Assembly (NCBI GenBank): GCA_934230325.1
Contig: CAKQEP010000002.1
Location: 76,682 to 140,681, forward strand
Source: an uncultured Clostridia bacterium
Lineage (GTDB): Bacteria; Bacillota; Clostridia; Christensenellales; CAG-314
DNA: 64,000 nt
Direction of reading: 5' to 3'
Position 1 is the stretch's first letter; each line of letters opens with the position of its first letter. The notes beneath the pieces were generated by a model that saw only the letters and a program-made list of their open reading frames with translations, was not told the DNA's origin and did not search any database. A program made the translations under genes and the position numbers. Of the stretch, positions 15,278 through 24,940 are shown piece by piece.

Positions 15278-16651
15278 ATGGAAATTTTAGACTTGTTGAA
15301 AGAGAAAAAAATTTCTAAAGTAACGGAACTGCTCGACGACATGAACAATGTCGATATTGCGGCGCTTTTGCAAGAAATCGACTTGCAAGACGCCATAAAA
15401 GTTTTCCGATTGCTAAAAACCGACGACGCGGCAGAAGTTTTTTCCTATATAGAACCCGAAAAACAAAAAGAGATAATAGAAGTCATTTCCGAGCCGGAAA
15501 TAAACAAAATAATCGACGAGTTGTTTATCGACGATACCGTTGATATTATCGAGGCGATGCCCGCCAACGTGGTAAAAAAGATTCTCAAGTCGGCAAAACC
15601 GGATTTAAGACGAGAAATCAACAAGTTTCTTGCTTATCCCGACAATAGCGCCGGCAGTATTATGACGCCGGAATTTTTGGATTTGCGGCTTAATATGACG
15701 GTAAATCAGGCGTTGGAAAGAATAAGAAAAATAGGCGATTATAAGGAAACGGTCAACTCTTGTTACGTTCTCGACGCGACCAAACACCTCATAGGCGTGC
15801 TGTCAATCAAAGAATTGCTGTTGTCGCAACCCGACGTTTTGATTGACGATATAATGGAAACAAACGTCATTTTTTGCAACACCCTCACCGACCAAGAAGA
15901 AGTCACCCATATCATTAAAAAATACGACCTGTTGTGTATCCCCGTCGTCGACGCGGAAAAACGTATGGTCGGAATAATCACAATCGACGATATTATCGAC
16001 GTCATCGACGAGGAAGCGACGGAAGATATTCAAAAAATGGCGGCTATCACGCCGTCCGATACGCCTTATCTCAAAACAAGCGTGTGGCGGATTTGGCTCA
16101 ACCGCGTACCGTGGCTGTTGATTCTTATGGTGTCGGCTACTTTTACGGGGATAATAATCAACAAAAACGAGGAAATGCTTAATCTCCCCACTATCGGCAT
16201 TATTCTCACGGGGTGTATACCAATGCTTATGGACACGGGCGGAAACGCAGGAAGTCAGGCGTCCGTCACCGTCATTCGCAGTATCGCGTTGGGTGAAGTG
16301 ACAATAAAAGATATTTTTAAAGTCATTTTTAAAGAACTTCGCGTTTCCGTACTGCTCGGCGCAACGCTTGCCGTCGCGTGTTTTGGCAAACTTATGTTGA
16401 TAGACCGCCTGTACGCCGTACAACCGCACGGTTTTCTCGTGGCGCTGGTCATTTGTTTGACGATGTTTATCACAATCGTCATAGCAAAATTGATAGGTTG
16501 CTCGTTGCCGCTCGTCGCTAAAGCGTGCAAACTCGACCCCGCCGTCGTGGCAAGCCCCTTTATTACGACAATCGTCGACGCCCTGTCCCTTATCATTTAT
16601 TGCGGAATCTCCGTTGCCGTACTCGGACAATTTTATCAAACAATCCTTTAA
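15278..16651 (+). CDS. mgtE: magnesium transporter MgtE
   Basis: An N-domain, tandem CBS domains and a C-terminal 5-TM domain containing PMLMDTGGNAGSQAS. Confidence 0.95.
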   Translation: MEILDLLKEKKISKVTELLDDMNNVDIAALLQEIDLQDAIKVFRLLKTDDAAEVFSYIEPEKQKEIIEVISEPEINKIIDELFIDDTVDIIEAMPANVVKKILKSAKPDLRREINKFLAYPDNSAGSIMTPEFLDLRLNMTVNQALERIRKIGDYKETVNSCYVLDATKHLIGVLSIKELLLSQPDVLIDDIMETNVIFCNTLTDQEEVTHIIKKYDLLCIPVVDAEKRMVGIITIDDIIDVIDEEATEDIQKMAAITPSDTPYLKTSVWRIWLNRVPWLLILMVSATFTGIIINKNEEMLNLPTIGIILTGCIPMLMDTGGNAGSQASVTVIRSIALGEVTIKDIFKVIFKELRVSVLLGATLAVACFGKLMLIDRLYAVQPHGFLVALVICLTMFITIVIAKLIGCSLPLVAKACKLDPAVVASPFITTIVDALSLIIYCGISVAVLGQFYQTIL

Positions 16652-16701
16652 AACAACGGGCAAAATCTACGCAAAACCGGTCGGCGTTACCGCAAAAAAA
16701 C

Positions 16702-17586
16702 TCAATCGATATTTATCAAATCGTAATCGGCGTTTCCTACGCCGATTTTTTGCGCCGCGTCGATAATGTGTTCGCCGTTTTGACGGTTTACTCTATCCAA
16801 AAAATGCTGCCTGCCTTCGTCTTTGGATTGCTTTATCAGGTCCATGCACGCTTTGTCTATCGCAACGGGATTAAGCGACGCCAACAAACCTATATCTTTC
16901 ATGCACGGGTCTTCCGCTTTGGCGCAACAATCGCAATCGACGGACAGATTGACCATCATATTGACGTATACGAGGTTGTTTTTAAAAAAGTTTACGACGG
17001 ACAAAGCAGCGTCTGCCATAGCCTCCAAAAACAAATTTTGCGGCGCAATACTCTTTTGCCACAACGTGTATTGATTGTCGTCTTTGCCTGCGGAATGAAT
17101 AAGACTCTTTCCCCTACTGCTTGCGCAACCGATTGACAACTGTTTTAATGCGCCGCCAAAGCCGCCCATCGGGTGACCTTTAAAATGCGACAAAACAAGC
17201 ATCGAGTCGTAGTTGACCATGTTTTTGCCGACAAAATTCTGTTTTAAAACTTTACCGTCGGGCAAATCCAAGCAAATATCTCCGTCGGCGTCCATAAGGT
17301 CAACGTCAAAATATTTTGTCCAACCGTGATTGTCAAGCAATTTAAGATGCTTTTCCGTCGTGTTGCGTTCTCCGCCGTAAGCCGTGTTGCACTCCACCAC
17401 TTTACCGCCGACAAAATCTATCAGCGACTTGACAAACTCGGGTTTGACGTAGTTTTGGTTGCCTTGCTCGCCGGAATGAAGTTTGACGGCAATTCTGCCC
17501 GTAAGTTTTTTGCCCGCCGCATTGTACAAATCCATCAACGCTTGCGGCGTAATCTTGCTCGTAAAATATACCTTTGATTTTTCCAT
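16702..17586 (-). CDS. DUF362 domain protein
   Basis: KVYFTSKITPQAL...IAVKLHSGEQGN...HFKGHPMGGFGGALKQLSIG. It lacks the ferredoxin tail present in the 4037-5233 paralogue. Confidence 0.75.
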   Translation of the reverse strand: MEKSKVYFTSKITPQALMDLYNAAGKKLTGRIAVKLHSGEQGNQNYVKPEFVKSLIDFVGGKVVECNTAYGGERNTTEKHLKLLDNHGWTKYFDVDLMDADGDICLDLPDGKVLKQNFVGKNMVNYDSMLVLSHFKGHPMGGFGGALKQLSIGCASSRGKSLIHSAGKDDNQYTLWQKSIAPQNLFLEAMADAALSVVNFFKNNLVYVNMMVNLSVDCDCCAKAEDPCMKDIGLLASLNPVAIDKACMDLIKQSKDEGRQHFLDRVNRQNGEHIIDAAQKIGVGNADYDLINID

Positions 17587-17659
17587 AAAAACTTACCTCT
17601 CTTTTTTTACCGAATTTTTGCAACCGTATTCGCGGTGTTTATTATCAATATTAAAACCG

Positions 17660-19099
17660 CTAAAACAACGACAGAATTTTGTCCAACACCTCTCGTTGCG
17701 TGACTATAATAGCCAACTTGCTGCGCACTCTCGTCAATCCCTGAAAAAGCATTTTTATCAAAACGTACTCGGGGTCGGGTTGGTTTTTTGCCTGCAATTT
17801 GTCGCCGTCGTAATAAAAATCGTCGTCAACAACCATACACACGTTTTCAAACTCTTGACCTATGACGGCAAGCGCGTTTAAGGTTGTATTTGCGCGTTTG
17901 CTCAAAAAAGATATATACGTATACTCTTTCATCGACTTTGCGCGAGCGACGGCTTTTTGTTTGTCGGGTTCAAAAATGACTTTTACATCGTCAAAGCGGT
18001 ACTCTTTTTTGTACCGCGACAAATTGAGCAGGCAGGAAACAAACAAAGACAACTGTTCGTTTGTCCGCACCCTGTTTGTGAGTTTAAATACCGAGTTGCC
18101 GCACAATTCGTCGATTTTTTCGCACACCGCTTTAAACTCTTGCGTTTCAAACAAAGTCTGTTCTTTATCGTAGGAAAAAACGCATTTTGCGCCCTTTTTG
18201 ACGGATTTTTCCGCTATGTCGTTAAGCGACAAAAAAGGCAATCTTTGCGCTTCGTCAACTATTACGACGTCGTAATCCGCGCCGTTTATTTTTGCTTTGT
18301 CGTCAACGGAAACGACGGTAACTCCGCAAAGATGTTTGCCAAGCCTTATATGCCCCAAACAAAGCGGACCGACGTGAATCACCAAAACTTTTTGCTTTTG
18401 ACCTATCTGCTTTGCAAGGTCGTACACCAAAAGCGTTTTTCCCGTGCCTGCGCCGCCCGTCAAACCGACAAAAAGGTCGCTTTTGGACTTTAAAAACTTT
18501 GTGAGTTGGCTTTTGGTCGTCTGCTGGCTTTGCGTCAAAAGATACCGACCCGCCAAAAACCTGCTCGTGTTGTTTAGCGGCGATACGAGAATGTTTTTGG
18601 GCTTAAACGCTTCGTTAAGGTCGGCGTCGTCCGACTTTAACCCCTTTAAAACCTTGCGCAATTCCCCAAAAGAACACTCGCTCACCTGCTCTCCGTCCAA
18701 CTTGTACAATTTGTCCGTTTCCGTCACGTAGGTAAAAAAATAATTGTCGCGCTTACCCAAAATTCCGAGATAGTATTTGTTTTGAAGTAATTGCTTTTTA
18801 ATTCGCGCTAAACCGACGTTAAGACTTTTTAACTCAACGTTTACGCAACAATTTTCCGAAGTCTTAATGAGGTCAAACTCTTTGCTGAGTTGCGGCACGG
18901 TATACCCCGATACAAACCCTTCCGCGTCGGATTTTGACAAAGATAAATGCGTCAACAAAGCGGTTATGCCGACAATTTCCTGATGCCGATACTCGCTGCT
19001 CTTTTTAAAGCCGCAAAGATAGCGCACGTATTTTTTGCAAAGCGCGGGATTGTCCGACAACTTTGTCAAATCGTATAAAGAAACCCTTTTGTACTGCAT
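17660..19099 (-). CDS. NERD/PD-(D/E)xK nuclease-like N-domain fused to a DUF2075/SF1-helicase-like P-loop NTPase
   Basis: N-domain core is EFDLIKTSENCCVNVELKS (D...ExK). Walker A is GLTGGAGTGKT and Walker B is DVVIVDEAQRL. The C-terminus has VIGQEFENVCMVV and FQGLTRVRSKLAII (SF1 motif V/VI-like). I prefer ATG 19099 (MQYKRV). Confidence 0.7.
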   Translation of the reverse strand: MQYKRVSLYDLTKLSDNPALCKKYVRYLCGFKKSSEYRHQEIVGITALLTHLSLSKSDAEGFVSGYTVPQLSKEFDLIKTSENCCVNVELKSLNVGLARIKKQLLQNKYYLGILGKRDNYFFTYVTETDKLYKLDGEQVSECSFGELRKVLKGLKSDDADLNEAFKPKNILVSPLNNTSRFLAGRYLLTQSQQTTKSQLTKFLKSKSDLFVGLTGGAGTGKTLLVYDLAKQIGQKQKVLVIHVGPLCLGHIRLGKHLCGVTVVSVDDKAKINGADYDVVIVDEAQRLPFLSLNDIAEKSVKKGAKCVFSYDKEQTLFETQEFKAVCEKIDELCGNSVFKLTNRVRTNEQLSLFVSCLLNLSRYKKEYRFDDVKVIFEPDKQKAVARAKSMKEYTYISFLSKRANTTLNALAVIGQEFENVCMVVDDDFYYDGDKLQAKNQPDPEYVLIKMLFQGLTRVRSKLAIIVTQREVLDKILSLF

Positions 19100-19106
19100 A
19101 TATTTT

Positions 19107-19135
19107 ATTTTAACAAAAAACAAATCGTTTTACAA
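19107..19135 (-). promoter_or_regulatory. promoter TTGTAA-17-TAAAAT, 7 nt from ATG 19099
   Basis: On the reverse strand, -35 is at 19135-19130 and -10 at 19112-19107. Confidence 0.45.
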
Positions 19136-19294
19136 GAAAAAAACCGCTTTTTTGCTTTTTTAACGTAATTTTGCCGCTTTCGTTTGCATTAAAACCGTAA
19201 ACGACAAATTTATTTTTGCAACGGGCGTTTTCACAAAAAAAGTATTCGAAGCGTATTATTAAATACGACAATATTTTATAATCGGGAGAGTTTT

Positions 19295-19843
19295 ATGGCA
19301 AATTATAACGTAACTATTACCAACGGCGCAGGCAGTCAAACGATGCAGGCAGGAACTTACAACGTTGCGGCAACGGCGGCGGGATACGACGTCAGCACCC
19401 TCACCCCCGCCACGTACACGGCAACGGAAAATGCGGGAAACGGCGCGTTTACCCTTGCGGCTAACGGCACGCTGACTTTAAAAGTTAACGAAACGGGCGC
19501 AGAAGGCGGGACGGCGGTCACGGGCGGCACGGTCGTTATGACCGACAGCACGGGAAACACTCAGTACGGAAACGCCGTCACGATAGACGGCAGCGGAAAC
19601 GCCGTATTTACAAAAGTTCCTTTCGGGGACGGCGCGACGCCCTACGTCTTGCACTTTAAACAATTGACTTCCGACGCCACGCACAATGCGTTTGAAGGCG
19701 TGATTACCGTCAATATGACAAGCAACGAACAGACGGAATACCTGCTTAACACGGCGGCGGCGCAACAAAACTTTACCGTCACCGACGCAAACTACTCGGG
19801 ATTGCCCGTCAACAACGCAACGCTTGAATTTTCTGCGCAATGA
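19295..19843 (+). CDS. hypothetical Thr/Gly/Ala/Asn-rich protein, probably beta-sandwich repeats, with no signal peptide
   Basis: SD GGGAGAG. GGTVVMTDSTGNTQYGNAVTIDGSGNAVFTKVPFG resembles carboxypeptidase-regulatory/Cna-B-like strands. GC is visibly higher than in the flanking genes. Confidence 0.6.
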   Translation: MANYNVTITNGAGSQTMQAGTYNVAATAAGYDVSTLTPATYTATENAGNGAFTLAANGTLTLKVNETGAEGGTAVTGGTVVMTDSTGNTQYGNAVTIDGSGNAVFTKVPFGDGATPYVLHFKQLTSDATHNAFEGVITVNMTSNEQTEYLLNTAAAQQNFTVTDANYSGLPVNNATLEFSAQ

Positions 19844-20190
19844 CGGCGATGCAAAAAATCTATCTGAATATATCGTCAAATTTGTCACCCGCGCGACTGA
19901 CGATAACCGATTTCGAAGGCAATATAGTGAGTTGTTGCGACTTGACGACAAACACGACGAGCGGATATTTTTGCTCGGCAAAAAAAGATTTTGTCGTTGC
20001 CCTTACCCCTGCTAACGGAGAGGCAAAACCGCAAAGAAGAATTTTGACGGTGACGAAAAAACAACGAAAGTTTTGCTTAAACTTTGAGTTTTTGCAACCG
20101 CCGACAAACGCTTTTTTGCTTACCGACAAAAACTACGGATTGCCCATAGACGGCGTATTGTTTTTTACGCAGACAACTTTCAACGTTTAA
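19840..20190 (+). CDS. hypothetical 116-aa protein, translationally coupled to the previous gene
   Basis: An ATGA start/stop overlap at 19840-19843. The C-terminal LLTDKNYGLPIDGVLFF echoes TVTDANYSGLPVNNATLEF of the upstream protein. Confidence 0.55.
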   Translation: MTAMQKIYLNISSNLSPARLTITDFEGNIVSCCDLTTNTTSGYFCSAKKDFVVALTPANGEAKPQRRILTVTKKQRKFCLNFEFLQPPTNAFLLTDKNYGLPIDGVLFFTQTTFNV

Positions 20191-20245
20191 AAAAATCCAA
20201 ACCTTTTTTAAGGACAATTTTTTGTAAGACAGTTTTTTGTACGAC

Positions 20246-20270
20246 AATCGCCGCAAATTTTGCGGCGATT
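20246..20270. terminator. bidirectional terminator between convergent genes
   Basis: AATCGCCGCA-AATT-T-TGCGGCGATT, a near-perfect palindrome with T-rich flanks. Confidence 0.65.
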
Positions 20271-20343
20271 GAATTTTAAACTATTTTTGCAACTATATTA
20301 CAACTATATTTTTGTATCAAAAACTGCGATACGTATGCGATTT

Positions 20344-21939
20344 TTACAAATTTTCAAAAATTGCGCAACCCTTTGTTTTTGTCCAACGGTACAGCGCAAA
20401 ACACAAAACGACAACGAGCATAAGCCACATTGACAAATACAACTCGACGGAAGCGACGGAACTTACCGCAAAGTATAGTCCGATAAACAATCCCGCAAAA
20501 ATCATATTTGCAATAGTACACAAAAACACGCTAAAACTTTGTTTTAACACCACTACTTCGTTTGACCAAGATAGATTAGGACGCAAAAGTCCGAGAAACA
20601 TTCCAAACAAAGCGAAAAGCGCGATACTCAAAAAGGTGAAAGGCAAAGAGAGCAGCCATATCCACACGTTGGGCTTGACGACGATAAGAACAATCAAATT
20701 TGCCAAAAGCGCAGGCGCGGCAGTAATAACAACGTGAAGGTTGAGTTTTGCCTTGATTATTTGCCACGCCGACACGGGCATACTTTGCAATATCCAAATG
20801 CTTTTGCCTTCCAGCGACACGGACGGAGCGGAAATGTCGTTCATAGACGCCAAAGCGCAGACTGCGCCGCACAAAAAGAAAGCGAATCCGTCAATGCTCA
20901 TTCCTTTAAAAATATTTTGAAATACGTCAAAAAGCGAACTGCCGAAAATCGCAAAATACACCGCAAAAATAATGAGAAATATCGTCCCGAACGAGCAATT
21001 TAATATATAGTTTGCACTATGAAAAAATCTGCCGAATTCTTTTTTTAACAAAGCGCGCGGTACGCTTTGCGACTTTATTTTGCGGTCGTCGTACTTTGTT
21101 TTTGCGACGCCGCTTTTAAAGGTTGCGATTTTTATAAACGTGCGTTGCAACACCCAAAAAGACAGCGCAAACAACGCCGCAGATATTGCAAAAACGCTCA
21201 AAAACGCAACGACGTTGCCCGTACCCGCAAGCCCCAACGCATACAGCGGATAAAATTTTGATATATTTGCGCCGACGTTTCCCGCGTCGGTAATTATTTT
21301 TTCAAAAAACACTTGCGCGTAAAAAATAAACGCGTAGTACGCCGCAAAAAACAGCAAGGCAAACAATACGGCAAAAAGGCTTTTGCGTTTGGCTTTTGCG
21401 GTGATTTTTGCAACTAAAAATCCTACCAAAAAGGATAAAAAAGACACGATAAGCGATATAGACAAAATTAAAAACAATCCGCCAAATACCGCCGCAACCG
21501 ACGGAGCAAACACGACGTATACCACGACGGCGGGCAAGCTCACTATACCGGAAAAGAGAAGCGACAGCAAGCAAACGCTTGCGACTCTCGACGCGACTAT
21601 ATATTTGACGGGTATCGGCATACTCAACAGCAAATCGTTGTCTTTTGGTTGGTACAGCACTGCGGAAGTATTAAACACGCTTCCAAAAAGACCCAAACAC
21701 AAGGCTAATATACTCATAATAGAAAAGTAAAGCCAACCAAACCCCGCCGAAAGGAGCGGCTCGCACAGAGAAATAGACAGTTTTACAAAGGTTCCGCCGA
21801 TAACGCCGAAAAACAGCAAAACGTACCCCGCAATAATGGCAATACTTGCCCATTTGTTGCGCATTTTGCCCTTTTTTGCGTCGTAAAAAAATATTTTAAA
21901 ATTTTCCGCAAGTTGCTTTTTAAGGAGAATTTTAAACAT
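20344..21939 (-). CDS. polytopic membrane protein, putative ABC-exporter permease partner
   Basis: 531 aa with at least 10 predicted TM helices. It starts 3 nt after the ATPase gene's stop, and the N-terminus MFKILLKKQLAENFKIFFYDAKKGK resembles the 'putative ABC exporter' families. Confidence 0.7.
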   Translation of the reverse strand: MFKILLKKQLAENFKIFFYDAKKGKMRNKWASIAIIAGYVLLFFGVIGGTFVKLSISLCEPLLSAGFGWLYFSIMSILALCLGLFGSVFNTSAVLYQPKDNDLLLSMPIPVKYIVASRVASVCLLSLLFSGIVSLPAVVVYVVFAPSVAAVFGGLFLILSISLIVSFLSFLVGFLVAKITAKAKRKSLFAVLFALLFFAAYYAFIFYAQVFFEKIITDAGNVGANISKFYPLYALGLAGTGNVVAFLSVFAISAALFALSFWVLQRTFIKIATFKSGVAKTKYDDRKIKSQSVPRALLKKEFGRFFHSANYILNCSFGTIFLIIFAVYFAIFGSSLFDVFQNIFKGMSIDGFAFFLCGAVCALASMNDISAPSVSLEGKSIWILQSMPVSAWQIIKAKLNLHVVITAAPALLANLIVLIVVKPNVWIWLLSLPFTFLSIALFALFGMFLGLLRPNLSWSNEVVVLKQSFSVFLCTIANMIFAGLFIGLYFAVSSVASVELYLSMWLMLVVVLCFALYRWTKTKGCAIFENL

Positions 21940-21942
21940 AAA

Positions 21943-22647
21943 TCAACCCTCGAGTTCCAAAAAGACGTTTTCTAACGACGAGTCGCCCTTTACTTCTTCC
22001 GTTTTGCCGCAGCGAATAAGTTTGCCGTCCTTTATTATGGCTACTTTGTCGCAAAGTTTTTCCGCTACTTCCAGCACGTGGGTAGAAAAAAATATCGCGC
22101 CGCCGTCGTCGCACAATTCCCGCATCATTTGCTTGAGAACGTGCGCGGCTTTTGGGTCGAGCCCGACAAACGGCTCGTCCATAACTATGAGTTTGGGAGC
22201 GTGAATCCACGCGGATATGACGGCAAGTTTCTGTTTCATGCCGTGAGAGTAACTGCTTATTGTCATACCGAGTTTGTCGGTCATCTCAAACAAATCGGCG
22301 TATTTTGCTATTTTTGCCTTTCTTTCTTCCGCGCTTATCTTAAAAACGTCGGCTACGAAATTGAGGTATTTTATCCCCGTCATAAAATCGTACAAGTCGG
22401 GGTTGTCGGGAATATACGCAATGCGTTTTTTACACTCTACGGGGTTGCTTTTTAAGTCGATGCCGTCAACGAGTATCTGCCCCTCTTCAAAGGAAAGTAT
22501 GCCGACAACCGCTTTGAGCGTCGTGGTTTTGCCTGCGCCGTTGTGTCCGATAAAACCGTAAATTTCTCCGCTATCGATAAAAAGACTCAAATCGTCAACG
22601 GCTTTTTTGTCGCCGTAACTTTTGGTGAGATGCGATATGTCGAGCAT
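21943..22647 (-). CDS. ABC transporter ATP-binding protein
   Basis: Walker A GHNGAGKTT, signature SHGMKQKL, Walker B LIVMDEPFVGLD and SD GGAGG. Confidence 0.92.
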   Translation of the reverse strand: MLDISHLTKSYGDKKAVDDLSLFIDSGEIYGFIGHNGAGKTTTLKAVVGILSFEEGQILVDGIDLKSNPVECKKRIAYIPDNPDLYDFMTGIKYLNFVADVFKISAEERKAKIAKYADLFEMTDKLGMTISSYSHGMKQKLAVISAWIHAPKLIVMDEPFVGLDPKAAHVLKQMMRELCDDGGAIFFSTHVLEVAEKLCDKVAIIKDGKLIRCGKTEEVKGDSSLENVFLELEG

Positions 22648-22674
22648 TGTCTTTGCCTCCTTTTTTTGTAGTCG

Positions 22675-23607
22675 TTACCCGTTTGTTTTGGCGGGTTTAC
22701 GTTTGATTTTGATTTTGATAAAGTTGACGAGCAAGTATGCCGCAAGTAGCGCCGCCAAAGAAGCAATCACAACGATATACATTGCGGCTACGGATACTTT
22801 TACGTCAAAAAAGTAAATATTACAGTCTAAGCTGTCCTTGATTTTTTCTATGGCTTCGGGCGGAAAATTCTGCGCCGCCATCTCCCTAAACACGCCGTTT
22901 AACGCGTGATTGCGAATAAGACTCGTTCCGTATGTGCTTGGCAAAAAGGACATCACTCTTTGCAGCGTCGTACCGAAACTCGATATCGGCATATACGCTC
23001 CGCTCACAAATCCGTATCCCGCAGAAATTATCGTTCCTATTGCGGAAACCTGCCCTTGCGTCGTCAAAAAGTTGTTGATTAAGCAAGAAAAAGCCGTGCC
23101 GAAAGCCGTAAGCACAAAAACGTCGAGCAATATGAGCAAAACGTCGCCAAAAGACAAAAACCAACCGTTTTTAAGCGCGATGTATACGAAACTCACGCCC
23201 GTAGCCACGTACGTGACGATAATGGTAGATATCATCGTCGCGACGTAATACGCCAAAGCCACCGTAGATTTTTTGACGGGGGTAACCATCATATCTTTTC
23301 TTGCGCCGTTAAGTTTGTCCGTCGCCATAAGTGTGTTTGAGCAAAAAGCAACCGTCACGCAACACACCGCCAAAAGAGAAGAAAAAAGTTCTCCCGCGAC
23401 TGCGCCGTTAATAAGTTTGTCCGCCGCGTCCTGCGCCAAAAATCCCGTCGGTATAAAGTTTGCAAAATTGTCCTTATAAACGTTAGCCAAAAATGTCGAG
23501 TACAAAACGAGAAGTATTATCGGCGTAATAAGAGAAGTAAAAAACATTCCCTTATCCTTAAAAAATACTTTTACGTTGCGCTTTACAAGCATACAAAACG
23601 CTCTCAT
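22675..23607 (-). CDS. ABC-2 type transporter permease
   Basis: 310 aa with 6 TM helices. A 4-nt overlap with the upstream ATPase gene. Confidence 0.85.
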   Translation of the reverse strand: MRAFCMLVKRNVKVFFKDKGMFFTSLITPIILLVLYSTFLANVYKDNFANFIPTGFLAQDAADKLINGAVAGELFSSLLAVCCVTVAFCSNTLMATDKLNGARKDMMVTPVKKSTVALAYYVATMISTIIVTYVATGVSFVYIALKNGWFLSFGDVLLILLDVFVLTAFGTAFSCLINNFLTTQGQVSAIGTIISAGYGFVSGAYMPISSFGTTLQRVMSFLPSTYGTSLIRNHALNGVFREMAAQNFPPEAIEKIKDSLDCNIYFFDVKVSVAAMYIVVIASLAALLAAYLLVNFIKIKIKRKPAKTNG

Positions 23608-24527
23608 AAGTTGCCTCCTACAAGTTTTTTGCCCGTAACCGCCAAAAATACGTCGTCCATCTTGCCTTTTGCTATTTCAAAATCAACAAATATCTGCGGA
23701 TTTGCTATTATCATATCCCGTGCTTCCGCCGTGTTTTTGACAAAAATGCGAAAACCGTCGCTGACTTGTTCGTAAACGAAACCTCGCGCCTTTAAAACCG
23801 CTTCTTCTACGCCGTAAACGGTGACAAAATCGCCCGTGTACCTGTTTTTAAGGCTCAACGGCGTGCCTTCCGCCGCTATTTTTCCGCCGTCGAGTATGAC
23901 GACGTAATCGGCGTCGGCGGCTTCTTCCATATAGTGCGTGGTCAAAAATACCGTCATTCCCCTTTCCTTTCTGCACCGCTCGATAACTTGCCAAAGCGTT
24001 TTGCGCGTCTGCGGGTCAAGCCCCGTCGTCGGTTCGTCCAAAATAAGTATCTGCGGTTGGTTTAAAAGCGCTCTCGCAACGTCTATTCTGCGGCGCTGTC
24101 CGCCGGAAAGTTTGCCGACGGGACGGTTGATAAAACTTTCAAAATCCAAGATTTTTGCAAGATTGTCTACCCTCTCTTTACATTCCTGCGCAGAAAGTCC
24201 GTACAAACTTGCCTTTACCGTCAAATTGTCTTTTACCGACAACGCGCCGTCAAGCGCAGAGTTTTGAAACACGACGCCTATTTTTTGAGTAATCGCCGCC
24301 ATATCGGTATCGACGTTTTTTCCGTCGATAACTACCGAGCCGCCGTCTTTGACGAGCATACCGCACATTATCGATATGGTGGTTGATTTTCCCGCGCCGT
24401 TTACGCCCAAAAAGGCAAACAATTCCCCACGCTTTACCTCAAAAGACAAATCGTTTACCGCGTGTACTTCGCCAAAACTTTTGTCGAGATTGTCTATTTT
24501 TATTATAACGTTATCGCCGTCTGCCAT
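23604..24527 (-). CDS. ABC transporter ATP-binding protein (DrrA/CcmA-like)
   Basis: Walker A GVNGAGKST, signature LSGGQRRR and Walker B ILILDEPTTGLD. I prefer ATG 24527 (SD GGAGG 11 nt upstream) over the TTG at 24545. Confidence 0.92.
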   Translation of the reverse strand: MADGDNVIIKIDNLDKSFGEVHAVNDLSFEVKRGELFAFLGVNGAGKSTTISIMCGMLVKDGGSVVIDGKNVDTDMAAITQKIGVVFQNSALDGALSVKDNLTVKASLYGLSAQECKERVDNLAKILDFESFINRPVGKLSGGQRRRIDVARALLNQPQILILDEPTTGLDPQTRKTLWQVIERCRKERGMTVFLTTHYMEEAADADYVVILDGGKIAAEGTPLSLKNRYTGDFVTVYGVEEAVLKARGFVYEQVSDGFRIFVKNTAEARDMIIANPQIFVDFEIAKGKMDDVFLAVTGKKLVGGNL

Positions 24528-24940
24528 TAAGCAAAACACCTCCAAAAGGTCGCTTTTTTAAAGATTTTAACCTTTTTTATTATATTGCACGCGCGCGTAT
24601 ATGTCAATAAAAATAATAAAATTACGCTCAAAAAAACCGCCCCTCCGCCTACTTTAATACCGCTATAGGATAATACCGTATATAAATATTGCCGATACGG
24701 ATATACCCCGTTTTGCATAATCGAAACGTTGCAAAAACTAATATTTGCAATCTTTTTATATAAAGTTTTATTGCGGTTTGGTGTTGATTTTGATAAATCG
24801 ATTAAACGACTATATAAGAAATTTGAAGCGTTTTTTTGCCTTGATTTTTTGATTGACTTTAATTTTTAAAGGTGCTAATATCCACTCGATATTACAAATA
24901 TTACTTTACTCAACGCATACGCTTTGTTACAGAAAAAATC

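Noticed and set aside
24527-24718. 63-aa minus-strand ORF upstream of the ABC operon as a leader peptide or small membrane protein
   Set aside because: There is no SD, it overlaps the preferred ABC ATPase start, and the composition is unconvincing. I cannot support it.
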